From: Balanoglossus misakiensis
Lineage: Eukaryota; Animalia; Hemichordata
Reading direction: 5' to 3'
Assembly: GCA_040954595.2 (NCBI GenBank)
Contig: CM082576.2
Coordinates: 12,093,129-12,157,128, forward strand
Length of the DNA stretch: 64,000 nt
The position numbers were made by a program, and so were the translations under genes. This document shows positions 1-12,601 of the stretch, one piece after another. The notes under the pieces are model-generated. The model was not told the origin of the DNA. It did not search any database and was given only the letters and a program-made list of their open reading frames with translations. Numbering within the stretch: the stretch's first letter is position 1; each line of letters opens with the position of its first letter.

Positions 1-2042
1 TAACATCGCTTTGCCCCGCCTCGACCTTTTTACGCGCTATCCTATAGATCCTTCTGCGGATGCTAAATGTAGCGTAATTGGCCGGTCCATTTGCGGCATT
101 TTATGGACTTGGCGTTTCCTTCTTCATAGAGACGATAATTTGACAAGGGACGGCTTTTAAAGATCTAGAACGCAGACGCAATCTATCAATATTATATTGT
201 TGACGAGTAGAAAAAAAGGGTCCCTATTGACACTTTAACGGTTTGCTCCACTTGGTGATCTCGGAGTCTTCACGGTCATAAAATATCAATGCGCCGCAGT
301 GTTCTGTGGGTTAGACAGGTCGTCTGCGCCGAGTTGACTCCCCCCCAGGTGACGACCAGTGCTTATCCCCCTGTCTCGTTCGAGAAATGGCGCGTTATTG
401 TCACCTGAATTGCGGGGATAAAAGATGGCCGCTTGGGCTTTTTTATCGGTCGGGATTTTTCACAGCCGAATGGGCACTGACAGTGAGATGGAACACCGAA
501 CAACAACATTTGGGCTGGGTGACAAATGGACTTAATTGGATAATGCTATGACTACCCTGAGGGCACGCCCGTACCCTAGGTTTGAGTTTTTATAGCATGA
601 CACGAACGACATAGCAGTACCCTGAACAATGCCGGGAGATTCCATTCTCACCAGAGGAGTTAACTGGTCCATTTCGATGCAGAGGGGAATTTGACGCAAG
701 GTTGCGGGTGGAATGACACGGAAAAGCGCGAGTGTGGAGATATGAAATATTAAAATACACCTTCTATACGCTTCGTTACTTTATTGCTTAGCCTAGTGGC
801 ATAAATGTATATTCACCATAAGCTGTTGGCTTGTCGTAGCATTTGGCTAATGCCCGGCCCCTGCTATGGAAAAAAAGACTTGGAACTTTGCCACATCGCT
901 GTTCAAAACGTGTTATTACTTGACCGGGCGGCCATGTTTGTCTCGCGCGCAGATCAGACCTAAATCCACAGCGTAAAAATTCCGTCTCCTTTTCGAGAAC
1001 ACAACCGATATATTTTCCGGCTGTTATGCCCGATGGGAATTTTTGGCGTTACAAGCATAGAACAAAACAATTCCCAGCATTGTGGGAATGCTACAAATTA
1101 CAATTAAACTGCCCGAAGAGCGCAACAATAGGTTACTTGAAACCTTAGACGAACCGATAAAATAGTTGTCCCCAAAACGTTAACAAACCCATTCGTCAAC
1201 ATTGTTGTTGATCCACCCCAGCGCTGTGATGTCACAATAGATAACTGTCAACCATGAAAAAAAATGTTGTTTTCGAGAAACTTATTTAGGCCGTCTCAGA
1301 ATATGCAACAATCGGACCGCGAAAATTATCAGCGGTTTCACCGAACGAAAATTCCCCCCGCCGTCTTCTGACACGAACTCGCTGTGTCAGTGTGCGCGCA
1401 ACGCAACATCGGGTGTTCTCTGAAGATATGAACCCCCGTTAGGTTTCTAATGGTTTCCCATTGTTACAGTTTGTTTACTATCAATAGTCAGCCCCATTGA
1501 AACGCCCACAAAAGAAAATTTTCCTAGTGATCCGACGAGAACTTTGGAATGCTGCATTTTTTATTGATGCGGGACCAAAAATGCTGGTGGGATGAAACGA
1601 TACGAGGTCTGCTATTTGCCGCGGTGGTGATTTTTTTGCATTTATCCCGTCACATCTCGACCGACTCGTTGAAGCCGATACGTTTTCCTTTATTTTCTCG
1701 GCGTTTTATATTTTGACGCGCGGGTGGGTGTAAAGGTTGAGTTAACAATGGCCGAGTGTTAGTTGTTCGTCCGCTCGAGTGCGGCAACACGGCGCAGGCT
1801 GCCACCCCTTCGTCGATAATCCGGCCGCTCTTTCGAGTGGTGATCTGATTTTTTTAAAAAAATAGCACTGCGCTGGAGTGTCGTGTTGGAGGTGCGTAAA
1901 AGTTGAAGTGGCCCAGGTCGTGCGGGATCTTTGTGGAGTGTTCGGGAAACCGTGTTGGGACGACACCTCGAGTGCAATTTGCTGTTATTTATGAAACCAA
2001 ACTTTGCGTGGAAACGTCATGGCGGCGAAACTATGATATGAT

Positions 2043-3293
2043 ATGGAATACACCGCCCAGCAGGACATAATGAAGAAGCCGTCGGAAGACAGTGTGCAAG
2101 AAATGTTGGCCCTGATCCACCAGCAGCAGACGGTGCCAAACGTTGGCGAGGACACCAGCGTCGGGTTTCGCGGACGTGTATTTAATCCCTTGCCGCCGAT
2201 CGAGACAAAGGTGAACTCGGACTACGGGACGCAGCTAGGGCACGTCAACAATACAGGTGATTTTGGCGAAAACAAAAGGAAACACACGGTCGAGGATGAG
2301 TTTACGAGGCCGCAGCAGCTTGAAAGGGAGTCGACGTTCTTCGAGTTGAGGCAGAGTCGGTCGACGGACGTGGACGTGAAGAACACAGCCAGAACTAGTC
2401 TTGACTTCAAGTCCAGGCGGGTTGAACATCCCCCGGCGACCCACAAGCCGACTAAAGCCATAACGACACCTCGCCACTTCCCTTTGCGACGAGAAGGTAC
2501 TAACTATCATCTACCTCCATTGCCGGAACCACAGTTCCAAGACCCACCGGACATCGAGCGGCCGTCGGCGCCGTCCCCCAAATCTAGAGATAAGTACCTC
2601 GACCAGAGCCAGAGCGAATGGAGAGAAGAGAGCGTGCCCGGTTGTGACGTACTGTTTTCCGACGAATACGAGCCTCAGTCGGAAAACGTGAACAGCAATG
2701 GCGGCAGGGAGGCGCAACTGTCGCCGTGGTCGGCGGATCAGGAAACAAAAAACACGAACGACGAGTTTGAATGGCAAGAGAGTAGGGAGATCTACGAACG
2801 ACCGAGGACGGCGAGAGGACGGAGGCGGAACCAGCAACCCGAGGAACGGCCGCGGACGCCGAACGGGAGGTATTCGTCCACGGACACGACAATCACGGAC
2901 AGACCGAAATCGGGCAAGGGCAGGCGGCGCATGAGGACAGAGGAGCCGAGCGAACCGAGGCCGACGACGGCGAGGGGAAGCCGGCGGCGCGAGGCCGTCG
3001 AGCAAGAGGCGTACGAGCCGTACGAACGGCCCAGAACGGCCCGGGGCAGGAGGCAACATGCGCCGCCGAGCGCCGACTCGGACACGATGGAGCGTCCGAC
3101 GACCGCCCGGGGGAGGCGTAGGTCAACGACGGACGAACGAGCCGCGGAAAAACAAAGGCCGAGCAAAGGAAGGACGCGTCCCAAAAGTCCGGGGCCTCAC
3201 CATCCAAGATACGCGATGATGAACACAAAAACATTACAGTCGAGCAGGGATGTTGATGACGGCGTGGCGGTGATGATGAACTCGGCAAGGTAG
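2043..3293 (+). CDS. Uncharacterised 416-aa disordered protein with about 7 RPxTARGRRR-type repeats (cluster gene 1)
   Basis: 1251-nt ATG-initiated ORF, GC-rich relative to its flanks. It contains NPLPPIET, YHLPPLP and repeated ERPRTARGRRR. No family recognised. Extra exons cannot be excluded because the end, AAG/GTAG, could be a donor. Confidence 0.75.
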   Translation: MEYTAQQDIMKKPSEDSVQEMLALIHQQQTVPNVGEDTSVGFRGRVFNPLPPIETKVNSDYGTQLGHVNNTGDFGENKRKHTVEDEFTRPQQLERESTFFELRQSRSTDVDVKNTARTSLDFKSRRVEHPPATHKPTKAITTPRHFPLRREGTNYHLPPLPEPQFQDPPDIERPSAPSPKSRDKYLDQSQSEWREESVPGCDVLFSDEYEPQSENVNSNGGREAQLSPWSADQETKNTNDEFEWQESREIYERPRTARGRRRNQQPEERPRTPNGRYSSTDTTITDRPKSGKGRRRMRTEEPSEPRPTTARGSRRREAVEQEAYEPYERPRTARGRRQHAPPSADSDTMERPTTARGRRRSTTDERAAEKQRPSKGRTRPKSPGPHHPRYAMMNTKTLQSSRDVDDGVAVMMNSAR

Positions 3294-5214
3294 CTGGGAT
3301 GAACTCAATTCACTGACATCAAAATGCTTTTATTCCATCCACTGAACAATCTTGGCAAATGACACAACGTCAGATGCTCTGCAGCTCAGGACGATTTAAG
3401 ATAAATACATATTTTTTTTTATAAATTCAATGCACGGAGAAACTCTAGCTTTACCTTTCATGAAGTTAATTGTAACCCTTTTCTTCAAAATAGCATATTT
3501 GGAAATATACGATCCGCAGGGAACCTATATGTAATCAGTGGGCTACAGAAACTTATGTTGTTTCACAGTGTCAAAATTTGGCAATGTTTTTCTGTAAAAA
3601 TTCAACTTTGTTAATATAAAAAGAAAGGACCTTTGCCAACAAATCTTTTATTTACTATCGAGCACACTTTTAATATAAAGATAAACGTATTACTATGAAT
3701 CTGAGCGTTTGTCAATTTTTTTTCCTTTCTCCGTCAACCAGTTTATCGACTAAATTGACTGCACTTCTGTCATGTGCAACGTGCCACAAGGTCAAATAGC
3801 CGCGAGTTCATTTATCAGTGAATGAACTTGACCAAAGCCGGTACCCTGTAAATGCTGACCCCAAAACCAGTGTTTATGTTACTGTGGGTATAGGTTTCCT
3901 AAGGCTGCGTATAGCAGAAATGGCCGACATCGTGGCGATCGACGGACGCCAGCCCTCTGACGGTCTGTTCAATGTTGTTCTCCGGGTTTTCGTGTAATCA
4001 TGAACGCAACTGATTCGGTCTTTTCAATATTGATCCTAAAATAGGCGGGAAATTTTCGACAGAGTACGAATTTTCAAACGAATCCAACCTGATGATGGCA
4101 TGCAGCGGAGGGAATTCGTCGTTCATGCATGTGGTATGTGAAAAATAAATTCACATCCCCCAAATTTATAATCATATGCAACACTTCAGCGCGATCCGCC
4201 ATGTTTTTGAAGCACTAGTGAACTTATTTCCCCACAACATGTCAACACTTATAAGGTCACTATCAGATTGTGAACGCTCTGTTGTGTGCACGACAGAAAC
4301 CTGACCGGAATGGAGGTAAAAATCCGGCGTGATGAAGTGTAAGCTTGTCCGCCATCAATTATCGCCTAGACGCCCAATTTATGCAGGCCGTATCGGGCGT
4401 GTTGTTGTTCGTATCTAGGAACACAAAATGGTTCCGCATAATGAGTCTGGACTCGGTCATAAAATACAACCCGCAACTCGGAAGACCTCCACAATTAGAA
4501 CACACAAAAATAAAACAACAGAACCTATATTTGGCGAAACCGAACTGGTCTCTCCCAAAAAATCGAGGCTTTTGGCCAATTCTGATGCACACTGTATGGA
4601 AAATGTTGAATTCGTTCGAAGATATAACTGTAAGTCGCCTCGGTATATGTTTTTCTCTTATCTCCGTCGCTCGTAAAACCGCCTTGGAGATTGATCAGTT
4701 AAAATACTGTACTGAGAACATCCCTTTGCCATAGTTATTAAGTACGTTTACCGGGTTCAAAGGTCACCGGTTCCAAACTATAAATACCATGCATGGGCAA
4801 TTTTATCTGTTTTTAACAGAAAGGGAGAGAGGCGCTCCTTTTCACATCGGACTGTTTCACAAAACAATCACGTTTTCCTCGTCTGACAGGGTCGATTTGA
4901 CATGTCACTAACACATTGTGCTTGCAAATATTTTTTTTCTGCTTTTTTCCTGTTGAAAAAAAATAGTCATTGAGACCTCGAAACGACACGGCGGGTTTGA
5001 ACGTACTTTGTGGATTTAGGACGGCGATATGAAAATACCTGGATAGTTCCTTTGGAGGTAGGAGCTCTGACTTTTGCCGCTTACTATTTTTTTATTTCAT
5101 AAACTGTTACAGAAGCTCGGTCGCTATAGTGTTCGTCTCTCGGTCACGCCGCGGCCACCGCCTCGCATAAACAAGCAATCGTCACACAGCGTACATTTTT
5201 TCTGAGCAGTCCGC

Positions 5215-5228
5215 GTCCCCATGACAAC
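5215..5228. promoter_or_regulatory. RFX X-box-like palindrome GTCCCCATGACAAC
   Basis: Fits GTHNYY-AT-RRNAAC. Confidence 0.4.
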
Positions 5229-8200
5229 ATAATAGCAGAACATGTCAATGAATTTTCATTGAAGGCACTGTGGAACGATGCGGCGGTCACGCCGTTAATT
5301 CAAATCCACTTTAGTTTTTTTCCCCCTTTCTTCTTCTTTTCCGTAGAGTGGGTCCGCCTGCTTGTTTGACAGTGTTTGCCTAGCAAATAACGACCCACAA
5401 ATGATGCGCGACCACTCAAAAGTCGCGTAAGTGAATTCGGAAAAGTGGGTTTTAGGGACACCCTTACAGATCTACTTGAAACACCATCGAACAGCCGGCA
5501 AACGTCATCACAATTTTTGGCCTTTAAGTATACTGGCATATTTTTCAAGTGGATGAACTTTTTTCTTGGGATATTGTCGCATTGTTTCATATTTGAATTC
5601 GGGGCACCGACGGAGACCAAGGCCGTCTTTCCGCTGGGCTGTTTTGAAAGAGATTTCAAATTACCGAGTCCAGGAGAGATAAAGAAATAAAGAAGAGAAA
5701 GGAGAAAAAAAATTGTTTGTGAACGATCAGCACACTTGAAAAGAATCTTGCATTGATGTGACAATACCTTGGCACACTGCGTTTCGCTCTCATTGTGCCG
5801 TGCCGGGCAGCGCGTTCTATTCACACGGCCCTCCCTATTGAATATATATAGCGGTAGCTGCACAAAAAAAACACGACAAAGAAATCGCGGATTTAACGGG
5901 CTGCGTGAAGTATAGAAGGGACGCAAAGAGGGGGGCAAATAAGTCAGAGAACGGAGCCAGGTTTGTTGCAGGGTATAGGCGCGCCTCGGTCAACCCGGAT
6001 CGGGAGGCCTGTTCACTGAGCGACGCGGCAGGCCACCTTTCTCCCACAGGTGAGTGTGGTTACAGAAACGAATCTCCCTTGACTTTTACCGCCAACTGAA
6101 TCTCCGCATGATAGACCAAAGTCGTACGGTTTTCCAGCATTTATCGACGATTTTGAACTGACGGCCTTTGTCTCCCGACACAAAAGAGCGAAACAAACAA
6201 CAAATAGTCGTTCTGCTTGGATCGCAGAGTACAGTGACCACCGTTCTCGTTAATATCCACAGGTATTGTCATAGTTACTCCCCCCTTCAGAAACACCGGT
6301 TATTTGTCTTAATTGGTCATTGTTTAGCGGTGTTGTTTTCTTGTTACAAAAGACAGCGTATCCATTCTTTACCGAACGCCCGGCGTTCCAAGGTAACAGA
6401 CGCAATAAACGCTAGACAACGAGTCTTGAAGAAAAAGAATAACCTCCCAAAATGATCTCCATTCGAATATCAAGCGAATATACCACTTCAGTCGACATCC
6501 TAGGTATTTGTGTTAACTTTACAAGACAGCGAAAACGCGCTAACCGCTTTCTTGTAAACCTACATTTAAGTTCCATTAGCTGTATCTTTTAACCATTTTG
6601 AACATTTAACGTGGAGAAAGGTAAATTGGCCTTCGCGATGTTGCCACCACCGTGTATAATTCCAATAGACGGAGAGATTGAACCCAATATGAACTAGCCT
6701 TGTTTGGGGTCAGAGGCTATGCGCGTCAAATCCCCACCGTGCTGTCAATCACTGTGACAGTATTGCTCGTCTATTCAGTAAACGTGAAATTGATTTTTGT
6801 TACTGCTTACGACGATTTGATCATTCGGATATTTCTTTTTAGAGCACATATACCCGTTACCTTTTTTTGAAATTGTTTGATAAAAAAAATCAACGCTTGT
6901 ATGCGGTCTTGGTTGAATAATCTAATCGTACGCAGTAATTGGTGCAGTTTTTATTTGTCTGGAAGGGTATCGTTCTGTAGAGTGAGATACCACATCGCGG
7001 CCATTAAGTTTTTAAAAAAAATTCATTCAACTCCCAAATAATGACCGCTGAACTTTAATTGAATTTGGTGGAGGCAGAGTGGCAAATTTAATCAACGACT
7101 CAAAGTAATTATTGTGACTTCAAAGTGTTGTGTGAACGCGTTAATGGGGCACTTTTCACGGGCTGTTGACGAATCACCTTCACAACCCGGACCCTAATTT
7201 CATTTGGCATTGAACGCTCTGAAGTTGCAACAATCGCCCGTCCATTTTTTCTAAGAGAGTATGTTCACCGACGCCCCGACAGCATCAATAATATGTTCAC
7301 GAATTAAAAAGAAATCTTCGCCGTGTTATATTTCTCCACAAGAGGATGGACAGCCCGTGTATATCTGTGATCTAAAAGAATATCGCAACAGTGTTTGCAA
7401 AAGCGTCATCTTCGGCGAAGTATACACACTGGCTGCCATGGCGACGCCTTTACGACATTGACCTTGGTCAATGCCTTTGACGTCTATTTGCCTTACAAAA
7501 AGAGAGTTGATTGAACTTAACAAATCCATATTACAAAAAAATGCACAGCCTTCGCACTCCGATACGGTTTCCGCGAGACGGGTTTTAGCTGCATTACGAC
7601 ACCAGCGGGGAGAAGATTATTGCGAACATGAATAAGTATACAGTCTGTCTGCTGTTTGACATTGTCAAATTTAAAAAAAATAATTAGTGCAGGGAAGATT
7701 AATTACTATCAGGCAAAATACCGCCGATGTTTCTGCAGCACAAAGAGACCTCGTAAATTAAACGTTAAATATATTGAGGTATATTCGATCAGCAGCCTTC
7801 ATATAGACCACGGCACCATTAATTTGCGAGCCGGTTAAATATACCTCCGAACATTTTTCACGTTAAAGACACCCACTCAATATCTTCAACTTTATCAAAC
7901 CGGGTTTGCGGTGCGGCGTAGTTATCTGCCTATAATGACATCATTCCTGTAAGACTTTTTCTGAGGGTCGAATGTGTCACAGTTGTGATCATGTTGTGAA
8001 TCTGGCGGCACCCCCCCCCCCCTCCCCTCCACAATGATTGTTGTGAACATTGAATCCGGTTTTGTTTACAGTCTCGGTACTATGCTGAATCAAGTAGGAA
8101 ACCAGTTCTCAACAGCTACCGTTTGTTTACCGACAAGCCGTGAACGATTCAACGCTCCTTTCGACGCTCGCCTGTGACATCTGCTGAACGCACTTCAGAA

Positions 8201-9382
8201 AGGTCCGTGACAACCCATGCAATTATGGTCAAATTTCTCATCCCTTTCGCTAATGGGTCAAGCTCGAAGTCACAGGACCGCGGTTAAACATCTTACGAGT
8301 ACGTCGGTCTCAGATTGATTGACTGCAATAATTATTATCAGGCATACAGTCGTTTGTATCAATCCCATAACTCGATGCTAAATTTGATATATAAATATCG
8401 TCAACATTTAGAAATTTTACACCCCACGATCGCAAACAGCGGCTTTCGTTCTTTCACCATATAATGGTTAAATGCAGACAACCAATGTGTCTACTTGATC
8501 CTCCCCGGCAGCCTTCGGACGCGTACAATACAACAACCACCTGTAAGAGCCATTAATGTTTATCCTTGGGTGACAGTGGTGTTTTTTTCATTCAGAGCTC
8601 TGCCGAAAATCTGAGGCAGCGTTCGAGGTACTTCAAAGAGCTATGAAAAAAAAAGTGGTCCGATCGATTACTGCGTCATTTGTATAAATGTATCACCCCG
8701 CGGCCGTTCGAAAGACCATTTTAATCGGTTTAATCAGGCGCCGGGGTCACGTGGGAAAGTAATGGATTCAACTCTTCGGCATTATCTTCTCACGTCCTCG
8801 CGATAACAGATTTTAAAGATAGTTTTCGTGAGTGTAAATAAAACGATTTCTAATATTTTTAGCGTTCGTGTGCTTTCCTTAAATTTGTAATTAGGTTGTA
8901 GGGTGGGTACGGACACATTCTTGAAATTGATACGGCTGGACTCTATTCGTGTAATTTTCCGTGAAATTTCCTAAATGGATGTACCGTAACATTATATTGA
9001 CCCCCTAGAAATATGCGAAAGAACACCATGTGTACCCTAGTAACGAATCGGCAATACATTGAAACAGAATACTTGTATATTGTTTGGATATTTATGGCGG
9101 GTTCTTTGCTGCTCATTCTTCTGTTGCAGACATAAGCGAGTCTCATCCATTTTTTCAAAAGTTTGTTTTTATCTCGCTCACTTGGAATTACGTGTTCCTG
9201 TGAAGTGCGGGTCAAACGAGGGCCAGCATCAGATTGTGTAAGCCCGGTATGTATTGAGATATCTCCAAGTGCCAAGCATACGCGCATCCTCATCAAATCC
9301 ACCACATATAAGCATAATCTAGTTATCTACGTTTAGAAATTGTATACGTGTTTGTATGTGGTTTGAATGTCTCTGTGTTGAG

Positions 9383-9568
9383 GAGTGAGTGAGTGAGTGA
9401 GTGAGTGAGTGAGTGAGTGAGTGAGTGAGTGAGTGAGTGAGTGAGTGAGTGAGTGAGTGAGTGAGTGAGTGAGTGAGTGAGTGAGTGAGTGAGTGAGTGA
9501 GTGAGTGAGTGAGTGAGTGAGTGAGTGAGTGAGTGTCTGAGTGAGTGAGTGAGTGAGTGAGTGAATGA

Positions 9569-9600
<32 letters not shown>
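9383..9600. repeat. Compound microsatellite, (GAGT)~45 followed by (TGT)10
   Basis: Directly visible. Confidence 0.97.
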
Positions 9601-10003
9601 CGCATCGGCATGGCAAGGCACTTTTCTTCAACGGTGACCCGGTCAAAAGCCCGGCCTGTGACATTTTTTGCGCGATGTTTCTTGCACGTATATGCCAGGA
9701 ATATCTGTCCTGAGGAACAAAACTCGTATAGCTGTCTTTTCTCTCTCGCTGACAATGACATGAATGGAAAACCTGCACTTTGCCGGCTTTGAGCCTCGGG
9801 GTGTGGCTTTTATCGATCGTAGTCTATTCGCGTAAGGTCTTGCTGAGGACTACTGTTTTTTTTTCTCCTTGCGATGACAAACAGAGTATTGATCCTGATC
9901 CTGACCACTCCAAGGTCACCGCGCGAACAACTGCCAGCCCCGGCCGTTGACAGTGAACTCGAAAAACATTGACCGCGGAATCATTGCGTCGCAGCGTCAC
10001 GCT

Positions 10004-10017
10004 GTTGCCATGGTATC
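10004..10017. promoter_or_regulatory. RFX X-box-like GTTGCCATGGTATC upstream of cluster gene 2
   Basis: Perfect GTTGCC-AT half site, near-palindromic. Confidence 0.45.
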
Positions 10018-11504
10018 GATCGTCAGACATTTTATTGGTTGCGATACAAATAGCGAGTGTTGGAACATCGTCACGGTTTTCATAATTTAACATTTCAACA
10101 AAATTAATTAAAAGGCTCGCGGGCACCGCAGTCTTTTAAGCACGCGTCCCCGGGGAGAAAATTTCGAGTGTGTGATTGTATAGCGGCTAACAGCTACAGA
10201 AGCCGGAGTCTGCTTGTCATATTTTTTTTGACGTAACGCCCGGGTGACAATCCGTGACATCTGGGTCGACCATACCTTTTGGGAGTTTATGTTTCCGAGG
10301 CTTTATGTTGTTTTATTTTATTTGCTCCATTTTTACGGCATTACCGTGCCCCCCTTGCCCCGATAATTTGGCGCAGTTCAATGAGGTAACAATGCGTGCC
10401 GACGCTACCTGGCAACTACGTCGACCGCTATATCCCAGCCAGCAACAACGCGCGCATTGTTAGGCAACGATTGCTTCACTTCACAGAGGAAACCCGTAGG
10501 AGGGGAGGGGACTCAACAAATCAGTCCTTCCAACGTTGTCGAGAGTACGGCTTCATCAGACGCGTTCTCGGGGTTACCCAGGTATGTTCTCGCGCGGAAA
10601 TCTCCCTTTTTATTAGCGGGGGATTTCTGAACTACAAGACAGGTGGCCAGAAATGCAACAAGCGGAGATCCCTCATCTGTCTCGCGTAATCCAACCTGTC
10701 AACATTTTTTCCCCAACGATCGGGCTAGTCGCGTCATTTCATGTTTTTTTATACGATTGCAGATTCACCGTTCACAGTTTATACGTCGTCAAAGTCGTCT
10801 TTGGCCAAGACCAACTGCTTTTGTCCCTGGCCACGATTCACTTAAATAATACCGCAACCTGTTAAAGGATTTGGAGTGATTCCGATCTTCCTTTCTCGAG
10901 TTGTGTGCGCAAGGACTTTTGAAAAGACCTTCGTCAATTTCGCAGTGGCTTAACGGTAAACATGACATTGTTTTCTGGAAATTATGAAGTACGCTCGATC
11001 GACCGCTGCGGATATCCACGGCTCTAGAGGGATTTGGAGGAGTTGAATAGAGCAAAGGTGTCTGTTGGCCTCGGAGTGTTTTTCATCAACGTCTGAATGG
11101 AGTCTGTTTGCCGAGTTGATCCCCTCAAGTCTTGAGTCACTCAACATTTTATAAATTGGAGGTGACCAAGTCCACACAACGAGCAAACATCCTCTATACT
11201 AGATTACCTCCACTTGACGGTTTTTATCTCCCTCTCTCTTTCAGTTTGCCTAAACAAAGAGAAGAAAGAAGTCGAGAAGAGTCCGCAAGCTTTAATTGGG
11301 AGTTTGGCAGCTAGAAATAACCGAGGTCGAAAAGCCGAGGGACGTCATCTCTTTCGCCAACACATGTCGTTTGTATAATAAGGAGCGCGTATAGAGGGTG
11401 ACGCAAAAAGCGCACGTGTGCGGCGGCAAATGTCAAAACGGTTAGATGTTTGCCTGGTAACGGCATCCAACAGGAATATCTGCGTGTATCGTTTGCAGAA
11501 CAGC

Positions 11505-12152
11505 ATGGGGGATGAACCGGGCAGCCCGAGAAAGCCCGCCGCTAAGGCGAGCCTCAAGTCCTCGGCCTACGACAAGGTGATCCGGCGGCACCGCAACAAC
11601 GAGCAGGTCCTGCAGATCATGAAGTTCATCCGCGACCAGGAGAAGCAGCCCATCGTCGCCAGGCAGAGGCAGGAGCGGCTGGCGTATTTACAAAAACCGG
11701 CGCCATTGCCGGGCATAGTGAGGTCGAACCGGCGGGAGAGGGGGCCGCAGGAGAACCCGACGTCCTCGGACAGCGAAGAGTCGGGCTACAACGGCATGAA
11801 CGACACGGACTCGGAGTCGGAGCTGGAGCTGTACAACAGGACGATACCCAGCCCGCCGAGATCCTACAGTCCCGACAGCACTGTGATCGGAAACGTGGCC
11901 CGCTCCAATCTCCTAACCCACAGCCATTCCTATCACGACTGCATAGTGACACGCGAACGGAGGAAAAAACCTTACTTAACACGGACCAACAACAAAACCT
12001 TAACGGGTAGTGTGCATCAACTGCCTCCGATCGACCGAGCCGGTCTCCCGAGCAGACCCTCAGCCCCAGCACCGTCATTTACACCGCCATTACCCGATGG
12101 GTTTGACGATTTTGTTCGCGAAGAACCGATCGATTACATTGATTCGCAATAG
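11505..12152 (+). CDS. Uncharacterised 215-aa protein with short N-terminal helix and LPPI motif (cluster gene 2)
   Basis: An acceptor (gtatcgtttgcag, ends 11498) lies 6 nt before ATG 11505 (MGDEPGSPRK...). Coding-like GC3 bias. A donor, gtgagt, immediately follows the TAG. The ORF-track start at 11418 is probably intronic. Confidence 0.7.
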   Translation: MGDEPGSPRKPAAKASLKSSAYDKVIRRHRNNEQVLQIMKFIRDQEKQPIVARQRQERLAYLQKPAPLPGIVRSNRRERGPQENPTSSDSEESGYNGMNDTDSESELELYNRTIPSPPRSYSPDSTVIGNVARSNLLTHSHSYHDCIVTRERRKKPYLTRTNNKTLTGSVHQLPPIDRAGLPSRPSAPAPSFTPPLPDGFDDFVREEPIDYIDSQ

Positions 12153-12491
12153 GTGAGTACATCAGGCACAAGCGGTACATTGTAATCGAAGTTCAGGAGA
12201 TACATTTCCTTCTAATGATTTTCTGTTTTCTAATGTCCATGCAGAATAATTGTCAGCTGGCTCATACCACTTCACTACCAAATTCTATAGAACTAATACT
12301 GCAAACATGGCGTAATGCAATGTTGTTCTACGAGCTGTAAGCCCTTTACAGATTTTCTACTGTAAAACACCAAACATGTAAATTGTCTTTGTTCTGTCAA
12401 TAGAGTCCGCTCAGCATTCTTTAGGACAAAGGGCCAAAATTTGCCTCCACGCTGTTGCTATTTTCATTTATCATTCCGTTCTGATTCAGAT

Positions 12492-12601
12492 TAATGTAAT
12501 GTAATGTAATGTAATGCAGTGCAATGTAATGTAATGTAATGTAATATAATGTAATGTAATATAATGTAATGTAATGTAATGCAGTGCAATATAATGTAAT
12601 G
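12492..12601. repeat. Degenerate (GTAAT)n pentanucleotide microsatellite
   Basis: Directly visible. Confidence 0.92.

Noticed and set aside
2222-3288. Multiple antisense and alternate-frame ORFs over gene 1 (similar ones over genes 2-8)
   Set aside because: Shadow ORFs expected from GC-rich coding sequence.
4345-5938. 129-aa (+) and 212-aa (-) ORFs
   Set aside because: Non-ATG starts, no recognisable motif and no coding-like composition.
9319-9792. ORFs with THSL repeats and poly-T/N/Q/C tracts
   Set aside because: Translations of the (GAGT)n/(TGT)n microsatellite, not genes.
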